Shown here one piece after another: positions 55,101-64,000 of a stretch of DNA of 64,000 bases. The stretch lies in contig MU054212.1 of the NCBI GenBank assembly GCA_013239625.1, forward strand, positions 9,472,898-9,536,897, read 5' to 3'. Positions within the stretch are counted from its first letter, which is position 1. The number at the start of each line of letters is the position of its first letter. Origin of the DNA: Lama guanicoe (lineage: Eukaryota). Position numbers and translations under genes: made by a program. Below the pieces are notes generated by a model. That model did not search any database. It was given only the letters and a program-made list of their open reading frames with translations, and was not told where the DNA came from.

Positions 55101-58100
55101 CAAGAAAATGCACGTGTGATCATGACTGGCCAATCATCAACTGATACAACATCCAAGAAAAACGCTCCAATCACAGCACCTCCACGAAACTTGACGGCAA
55201 TTGTCATGCAACCGATTCTTAGCCTTGTTACATGACGCCATCATGTCACACTGTGAACTTTGAGTTGATTTGAACTTACGGATGGGGGACTGTTTTCTCC
55301 ACTCTCATGTGATTACGTGAACTTTATTCCTAGCTCAGCGCGAGACTGTGGTGGATTTGACTGGCCCTGGTTGGGTTGTTGGAATTTGATTGAATGACAA
55401 AAGAAGAAAAGATTTATATATATATTTATATATGTAGAGAGAGAGAGAGAGAAAGAGAGGACAAGAGAGTGTGGGCAAGGGGGGAGGAGGGGGGAGGNNN
55501 NNNNNNNNNNNNNNNNNNNNNNNNNAGGGAGAGTCGGGTTGAGGGTGAAGAAGGGAAAGGAAGAAGTTAAAACAAAATTAAAAGGAAAAATATTTTTACA
55601 ACACCAGACCACAGCATCAATCTAAAAGCTCTGATGAGAGAACAGCAATCAAATCAAAAGAGAACGGAAAAAAAAACTCAAAGGATGAAGGAAGCCGGCA
55701 GACAAACGACGTGGGCACGGCAACACACACACGCACGCGCACGCACGCGCACACACGGTTGTTTGTGCAGACACATGATACACTGTGAACAGTAGCAGAA
55801 CCTCACACAGGGCCACTAAGGGCATCCGTCACGCGCTGGGAAGAGGAGGGAGGGCGTAGGCAGTTTGGTGAGGGGGCCGGAAAAAAATAAAACAGCCCCT
55901 CAAACCACCTTGGGCGGCAAGCAGATCAGGGAGCACGCTCTCTGCTTTGGATCACCCTTGACTCTTTCTCTCTCCGCCCCCCCCCCCCCCCCCCCCGGGC
56001 CCCNNNNNNNNNNNNNNNNNNNNNNNNNNNNNNNNNNNNNNNNNNNNNNNNNNNNNNNNNNNNNGCCCCGCTCTCCCCCACCCCACCGTGACCGCCATCC
56101 CCAGAGAAGGGTGTCTCCAGGAAAAGAGCCCCCGCTGTGAGATGTCGTGATCCTCTCCCCGTCCACGCTGCCTCAACCCTCTTTCCTCAGAACCTTCAGA
56201 AAACGAACGCTTTCAGTTTTGAGATTGAGAGTGAATCACATCAACGTTCCCAGAATTCTACAAACACGCCTTGGCGGGGCTGTTTTCATTTCATGATCGC
56301 CTCACTCCCTCTGCTTTGCTCCTAAGGTGGCCCGCGGGGCCAAAGCGAGGCTACTTCTGCCACGTGAAGCCTTTGGAAGGTTCCACCCCTCGGACCCAGG
56401 AAAAGGCCCCTGGAAGACCAAGGCGCCCTGCGGGCTAGGTGGCACAGGACACCGGGGAGGGCCGGGCAACGGGCCTGCTGCGGTCAAGTGTGCTCTGCTC
56501 TCTCCCACCCCTCCGCCCCCTTCTCCGTTCCTTTACACCTACACCCCTCCGTGTACAGCTCTCTGGACTGACTCATTTCACAGGCCCTGACCTGCCTTCT
56601 CTACTGGTGGAGGCTCGGTTCTCTTCTCTGTCAAGCATCATCAGATTATTCCGATTTGAGTTGCCTGGCGTGCATCTCACCACTGGGGGTCCTTTGCCCC
56701 TCCCAGGGCATTGGATGTCCCCAGCCCTACCCCTTCCTCACGAGTGCCCCTGAGCTCGCTTCCTGGCCCCCCTCCCCTACAGCACCCGGGCCCGGCCAAA
56801 GCCTGTGCACCAGGCTTGTTTGCAGGCTTTCCAACACATCAGGCTTCTGCAGGCAGTAGCTTCTCTCAGCTTTGTGCTTCCCTTCAGGGAGTGTGGATGG
56901 GAAGCCTGTGATCGTGACATGTCAATGTGGATAAGCTGTGAAATAGCTCAGAGGTGACTCTATTTTAAGCCTAATCCTGGCCTCCAGCTCTGCCTTCCCA
57001 GAAGAGCCCCAGCCCTGCCTGCCCGTCCAGGCGGAGTTTCTGCTCCCCCAACAGCAGACCTCCCCACTTCACACCAGGGCCCATCATGTGCCAGCCCAGC
57101 CCTGACCTGCCACCCTTGCCTGCATCCCCAGCCCCTCCCGAAAGAAAGCTCTTAGACCCACCACCCAGGATATCCAATTGGTGGGGCCGCTGGGGCGGGA
57201 GAAGAGGCTGGAGGGCAGTGTCATCAGGTGTCCGCCATGCCAACTGCAACTAAGGAACCCCCGGGGCACATTCCCCCAGTCCTGAGCACTTTCGGGGCGC
57301 CCATCCACTGTGTTCCTTTGCCCACTCCCAGCTTCCCTCCAGCTGCCCTTCAGTGCCTGGCGCTGTCCAACACTGGGGATTGAAGCCTGAACATCAAACA
57401 GCCTCTCCTCAGAGCCAATTCTAGACAACTTTCTCATACACTCTCATTTCTCACACACACCTGGCCCCCAACACACACACTCGCACACTCACTTGGCCGC
57501 TAAGGAGCCTTCCCAGGGTTGTGCCCCTGCACACCTGCCCACTCTCTTTACTAGGGGGCAGCCGGACCTCTGCCTGCAGGGTGACCCCTGCCTGGCCACC
57601 CTCCGGAATAGCCTCCCAGGCCACAGCCCTAGAGATAGCAGCAGGGTCACCGAGCAGCATGGGGAACCCTGAATCAGGTCTGGGAAGCCCCACCTCACGA
57701 CCCAGGTGAGGAAATTATGGTCCAGCCGAGCCAATTCAGGTGCCAGGTCCTAAACACAGCCGGCTTCTACCCAGAGAAGGCCCAGGCCCAAAGCCACAGC
57801 CCGCCCCATGCAGGCCAGACCCGAAGTGCCCATGCCTGCAAACTCGAAGCAGACATTGCAAAAGCACACTCAGAGCCAAAGCCCAGGAACCAGAAGAGGC
57901 GGGGACCCGCAGGGTCAGACAGCCAGTGTGTTCTTCCCCCCGCAGAACCGCAGGGCTGGGCGCTGGCACACTGGCCCTCAGTGCAGGCCCAGAGCGATCA
58001 GCCAGCTCAGAGGAGGGCCAAGGAACTGGGGTGTCTACCCGGGCCTGGCCACGTTTGTGCCACTCTCTCTGCCTTTGTTTCCTTCTTTTTAGTTTCTGGG

Positions 58101-58779
58101 GAAAGATTTCTTGGAGAAACTCCCATGTTAGCACAAGACAGGAGCCCAGGCAGCCAGAGGCGCGGGGCAGCACGGAAGCCAGGAACCACACTCTCCAGAG
58201 ACATCGGAATCGGCAGACCCAGCCCCACCGGGGCCTCACTTTATGGAACCAAAGCCCAAGCACGCTCCTCCTTCCCGTGGCGGGGCTGCCCCAGCCCCCC
58301 CACCTCCAGTTCTGAGCTGGCCGCCTGCTGTGTCTTCTGTCTTCACCACTGGCCCTAAGATCCCCCTCCCACTCTCCACACTGAGCTACGGCTAGTCCCT
58401 TGGCCCCAGTTCAGGTTAGCGCTGCCTTCTGGGCACCTAGGACTCATTATTTGTAAACACCGTCTATCGGCCTGTAAAATCATGCAGGGTTTTAGCTGCT
58501 ATTGCGTCCTCTTTCCACCCTCCCTCACTGGCAGCAGCCACGTCTCACTCCCCAGCCTTGCAGTGGGTACAGGCTCGAGAACCCTGTTCCAGAGAAGGTG
58601 AGTGGTGCTGCTCCTGGGTGGATGGAGGGTGTGCTGCTGACAATGGTGGGAAGTGAGGGGGGACTGGGGAACTGGAGACCTCCCCCGCAAAACTCCACAC
58701 TCTGAACCTCCACTGAAAAGTTTGTCACGCGCCTGACTTTTCTCTCAAACCCCCTCCCTCTCAGGTCACGACAGCTCTT

Positions 58780-59470
58780 CTCTGCCAGTCACTCAGGCCC
58801 AAAGCCAAGCGTCATCCTTGACGCCGCTTCCTCTCACACCTATCTCTAATTCCTTACAAACAGCAACCCTAGCTCTGCCTTCAGAAGACATCTAGAACTC
58901 AACTCCCTCACACCACATTGACTGCTGTGGCCCTGGGCTGAGAGGTCCAGGCTCTAGACCTCTGCTCTGGGCCCTACTGCATGACCGATCCTATCGAAAT
59001 GCAAGTTAATCTGTCACTGTTGTAAGCAGAGCTCCCCAATGGCTCCCTGCCCAGCCCATGAATGGCCTGCAGGTGGCCCTCCTTATCTCTGGGAGCTCCT
59101 TTTCCACTACGCCTCGTGCTCCCTCTCCTCTGGTCACCCTGGCCTCCTGATGGTCCTTGAAGACACCACTTTGCCCTCGCCTTGGAGCCTGCGCACTGGC
59201 TGTTCCTTCAGCACAAGGACGCACTCCTCCAGACCCTGGTGGGGCTCCCCGCCTCACCTTCTTCAGATCTTTGCTCACGTGTCACTTTTTCAACAAGGCC
59301 TACCCTGACTGCCTGATTTAACTGTAACTAACAAACCTGACACACTGTATAATTTACTTTTTGATCATATGTCCTTATTTATTGTCTGTCTCCCTTGCTG
59401 AGGACAAGGATCCTTACCAGTCTTACTCACTAATGAGTATGTAACAGTACCTGGCGCCCAGTACTACTGA
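58780..59470 (+). mobile_element. L2 fragment
   Basis: gtcatccttgacgccgcttcctctcac..cactggctgttccttc..acagtacctggcgcccagta. Confidence 0.7.
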
Positions 59471-60149
59471 AGCACCAGAGGGCTGGGCAGCCTGGCCCCG
59501 GCCTGTGATGAACTGGGACTGCAGGAGCCCACGGCAATGGGGGCAACCAGGCCAAAGGGGGACTTCTGGGGGCCTGCCCTGGCTTTTCCCTCCCCTCTTC
59601 CCCAGGAAGCTGCTTCACCCAGGGGAACACGTGGCCTGGAAGAGGAGTGGCTGGCTGTGCCTCCAGCTGTAAGGACCCAGACTGAGCAGGAAAAGGTGAC
59701 AACTGCCCACTCATCATGGCCTCTGTAAAGCAGGCAGGGTAAGTGGCCCCAGTCCTGTATCATCAGCCTCCTCAGTTTCTGTCCCATCCTGTTTCGTTTC
59801 TCGGTAAAGTTCCTTTTGAAAAGTCCTGTCCGTCCTCTCCAGACTGCGCTGCGGGGAATTGGAGGGGTGAAGGGGTCAAGTGTCTAAAAGCCATCAGCCC
59901 TCAGGCAGGAGAACTGGGGAGGGGAGAGCCCGAGAGTCTGGGAGAAGGCCCCAGTAGGGCCTACAGCTCCCCCCTGAGCCTACTCCGCCCCCAAACTCTC
60001 CCAGCCCTGAGCTGGCCATCTGCTCACCCCGGGGTTTTCTGGCAAACAAGACTGCCAGTGCAGACCTTCTCAGAGCAGTTCCCTCACTCCTGTCCCCCTT
60101 GGCTCTGCCGCAGGGGGATGGCCATCCCCATTTCTGCCGGGATGACCAC

Positions 60150-61290
60150 AGCTCATTGCCTGCGCCCTAGGCACCGGGCGAGGAGCAGGTGGAGACGGGC
60201 GCAGCGGGTCCAAGGAACAGCAAGGGTCCAGTCCACAGAGGCCAGAGGAGGCGGCGGGTCCGGACAGGGTCAACCACCCCAACCCCCCGTCCCCGCGCCC
60301 CGACCGCCCCCGGTTACCTGTGCGAGTCCTGGTCTCCCCCGGGGGACGCTCCCGCCGGCGCTCAGTACGGGCGATTGGCGTCTTTGGGCCGCTTCAGCTG
60401 CACCTTGAGCCTCTTCATGCCGATCTGGAAGCCGTTCATGGCCTGGATGGCGGTCTGCGCGCTGGCCGGGTTGTCGAAGCTCACGAAGCCTGGCGAGACA
60501 CGAGGGACGAGGGCCTGGGTTTCCACGGGGCCGCCCGGGCCGGGAAGGGGCGGAGGGGGAGCAGGGCGGGGACCGAGGGCGGGGCGGGGCAGGCAGCCGC
60601 CCCTCCCCGCTCCCGCCGCGCCTCCGGGCGGGGGCGGGGCTCGAAGCTCCACCCCCTCGGGCCCCGCCCCCGCCCCGACCTCGCGGCCCCTCCCGCAGCA
60701 GGCGCTGCAGAGGCTCCCGGCTCGCGGACCCGCGCGGACCCGGGCCGGGCCGCCCCCCGCTCCACCTCGGCTCTGGGCGGCGCCGCTCTCCCCAGCGCCC
60801 TCTCCCCCAAGGCGGGGCGCCCGCAGCTCGGCGGGGCTCGGAGAGGCGCCCGCCCCCCACCCCGGCCGGCCCCGGCACCTCAGCCCCCGCCTGCGGTGGG
60901 AGAGGGCGGACACACCTGCGGGCGGAGTTTATTGGACACTGTCCTCCCTGACAGGAGGGGGCCTGGCAGCGGGAGGGCACGGGGTGCCGGCCTGGGGAGA
61001 GAGAGGAGTGCGAGGGGAGGGAGGGGAGGCGCCACGGAGCGGACTTCTCCACCGCCGTTTCCGGCCGCGGGGCAGGGCAGAGGCCGGGGCCCCGCCGCCC
61101 CTCCGCCCGCTCCCCTCCCGGCCCGGCTGCCCCCAGCCAGGCTCCGGTGGCCACCGAGGCCAGTCCCGACCGACTCGCGTTAACCCGCCACCGCGCTCCC
61201 AGGGGCCGTCCTTACCACCCTTTTATTTAGTAAAGCACCACCCTGGGAGCAGGGGCTCTTGCCCTGGGCTAAGCACGCGCCGATCGATGA
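60150..61290. promoter_or_regulatory. Intragenic CpG island over the CELF4 last coding exon
   Basis: Very high GC, dense CpG and multiple GGGGCGGGG boxes. Confidence 0.85.
60362..60489 (-). CDS. CELF4: CELF4 last coding exon (C-terminal part of RRM3): [42 protein letters not shown]
   Basis: CELF3-6-type RRM3 C-terminus. Minus-strand acceptor ccctcgtgtctcgccAG, TGA at 60364-60362. The exon continues 44 nt to donor CAG|GTAACC at 60318. KIAA1328 neighbour supports the CELF4 paralogue. Confidence 0.95.
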
Positions 61291-64000
61291 GTCCCTTGTG
61301 ACCCCTCATAAACTAATAATGGTGTAACAAATAATAGTACGAATTGACACTATTCCTAAAAGTCAGCTGAGAGCCTACTCCGAGCATTACAGACTGAAGA
61401 CGTGCTTTTCACACGTTCACTTCTCCCAACGTCCCAGGACGGGATATAGAACCATCCGTGGCTCCCAGTCACCTTCTGAAACAAGCAGTTCCCAGGCGGG
61501 AATGGATGAGGTTCCCCAAGTTGATTTAGAAGTCACCTTTTGGAACTTTGACTGCATCTCCTTATAGAGACTACGCTACATCAGCATTTCCCAAAATGGC
61601 CCTAATAGGTGCTCCTTCAGAAAGGGCTTTCTGTGGTCAAGCAGATTGACAGCCAGCTCACTCTGGGACAGTCCAAGGCACATTAACAAATAAAAACATC
61701 CTCCTCCCACCCTAACTCCTCCAATAAATAAACATTCATGGCTTTGTTTAACCTAGTATTTCCTGGAATTTACTTGACTTTAGAGGCCTTTTCTCCTGTA
61801 AAATGGACTTAGATCCTGCAAAATATATGAAACTAAGCTTGGCGAAGTTACCAAGCCATCCTGCAAACATGTGTCATTTGGGGTGCTTGTTCCCAGTGGC
61901 CGCTAGGCATGTAGGGAGTCAATGTACAGACCCCGCTGAAGCAGAACACTGGTTTTTTTGGTTAATTGCTTATGATACCATGGGCCTGCCTGCAGCCTCT
62001 CCCTCACTCTCCCTATGTGGTGGCTGTTTCTCTTATTTTAACTCCGCCCCAGAAACTGCCTCTACCTGCCTCTTTTCTCTTTCTCCTTCCTGCCTTTGCT
62101 CACATTTGCTCTTGCAGCCACAAGTCATCAAAGATGGGAAAAGATGTGTGTGTACTCAAGAGTGCACGCATGTCAGCTCAGATGGGACTGGTCAGAGCTG
62201 GGCCCAGGGCAACACCACAAACATCTGTATTCATCTATATGCCAGGATAGGAAAGTTTCCTGATCTTCCATAGTCGGAGATCAATGTGAGTCATCTTTCC
62301 ACCACCCACCTCACTCCTCCTGGCCCATCCCTTCCCCATCAGATTTCTATGTCTGATGAGTACAGTCAAGCTGTTAGCAGAGCAGTTTTCAAATGTGTGA
62401 ATGGTGCATCTGTTACACTGCTCTCCCCCAGATTAAAAAGCGTGGGTGAACTAAAAGCCTCTCCCTCTCTCTCAGGACGGGATAGCCTAACTGTGGGTGA
62501 CAGTCCCCCCTCCAAAAAAACCCCAAATGTGAGCAAAGTGGGGAAAAGATGGGATAAAGATAAAAGGGGCTGGAGGTGCTGTCTAGGGTGGAGATGTAAA
62601 GGGAGGGAGAGAAGGTCCTGGATGAGAGAAGCAGCCAAGCCTTCAAGATGAGTTTCTGGAAACTTGGGGGTTGGGAAGGACTGCAGTCTCCATGAACTTC
62701 TCTCCCTGAACTAGTTTTGTTAAACTCGCTAGCAGTCAAGGCAGTGAGCCTCTCCCCCACTGGCCCCCCTTGGGGCACCATCTCCCATGTTTACGGTTCC
62801 CAGGACTGTGTCCCTTCTCCCAGAGCCCCCTGTCCCATTCCTCCCGCTCCTGAGAAGGTTCCTGCCTCCCAGACTGTGGGGCTGTGCAGGTAGAATGCCT
62901 TCCTGGTGGCCCTCCAGCCCTTCTCCCATTTGTGCTGCACACAAGGCCTCCAGAAGATTCTGTTCATGCTTATAAAGAGCACGTGGGGTGAGAGCGTGAT
63001 GGGTTCACTGTAACAAGGACCACATTTGCAGCAAAATGGCCCCTCCTTTGGGAAATAAAGGCACCTCTTGAGGTCTACTCTGGCCAGATCCCTCACACAG
63101 ACCATCTCACGTAACCCTCACAGCATCACTGAAAGATGAGCGCTGAAATCCCCATTCCACAAATGGGAACACTGAGGCCCTAAGAGTAAATGGCTTGCCC
63201 ATGAGTGAGAGCTGGGGACAGCTGCACAGACTCGCTGCCTGAGTGAGTGAGGGAAACCCAGAGGGTTAAGGAGGAGCCGCTGGGCTGGCCAGCTTGGTGG
63301 GAGCCTGTTCCTTCTCAGGGCAGGTGGATGCCCAGCGCTAGACATTTGCTCAGGAAGAAAGAACCAGCGTAGAGACATACAGAGAAGGACTTCCAGAAAA
63401 AGCAGGGCAAAAATCTTTGCTGGAGAACTTGAATGAGCTAATGGCAAGGGTAGTCTGAGGCTGACTCCCGAGAATGGCAGCAGGAATGCAGGGGGACATG
63501 GCTGCAGACTGAGCCTGCTCCAGCCGCAGGGTCCCAGCATGTTCTGGGCTCTTCGCAGTTCTCCTCTGGCTTATGCAACATCCGAGGCTTACTTAAAAAG
63601 CAAACGCAGCTGATCTCCAGTTTTGTTGCTCTACATACCTAACTGTAATTCGTCGGAAGAAACAGTGGTCAAACAGTAGAGGGGTGCAACCCAATCTTTG
63701 CCTTTTGCCTTGTTTCCCCGTCCCCCAGAGAAATGAGCCACTAGGGCAACTCTGTGCCACTGAAGTACCACTGTGGCAGCGACCAGAGGGGAAGGGATAG
63801 TGTGCAAAGATCTTGACTGCCTTGGGGAACATGCTTTACACCCTGAAGCCCTTCACAGTCCTGGAAAGCTGGTTTCCAAACTGGAGTCTCCTTAGCATGA
63901 GCTTCCTGGTGCTTCTACACTCTTGTACCTGCTCCCCAAGGGGTGAGCTGGGTTCTCTGGCCGAAGCAGAATCCTACTCTGTTCTCCCAGCCCCGGTACC

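Noticed and set aside
59207..59228. RE1/NRSE-like TTCAGCACAAGGAC
   Set aside because: Wrong half-site spacing, poor right half, and it lies inside an L2.
60189..61301. 370-aa + strand ORF and overlapping 287/294-aa ORFs
   Set aside because: Pro/Gly/Arg-rich, stop-poor by-products of a CpG island overlapping the real CELF4 exon.

Overview
Mammalian genomic DNA, most likely a camelid, judged from a tRNA-Ala-derived Vic-1-type SINE and lineage-type L1 3' ends. The window holds the convergent 3' ends of two genes. KIAA1328 (hinderin, + strand) has its penultimate coding exon at 1774-1882 and its last coding exon at 30904-31114, separated by a 29-kb repeat-rich intron. CELF4 (- strand) has its last coding exon at 60318-60489 (C-terminal part of RRM3), a 7-kb 3'UTR intron and a ~2.2-kb terminal 3'UTR exon at ~51110-53294. 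The rest is intronic or intergenic DNA with L1, L2, MIR, MLT, hAT and Tigger relics, CpG islands and candidate CTCF sites. Most entries in the ORF track are spurious. I see no convincing wholly new system. The best leads are a candidate UG-rich alternative exon in the CELF4 3'UTR intron (possible NMD autoregulation), a recursive-splice-like acceptor and a candidate alternative last exon for KIAA1328, a recent local duplication, and a twin-primed L1. Gene and repeat names come from recognition, not from database searches, and most repeat boundaries are approximate.
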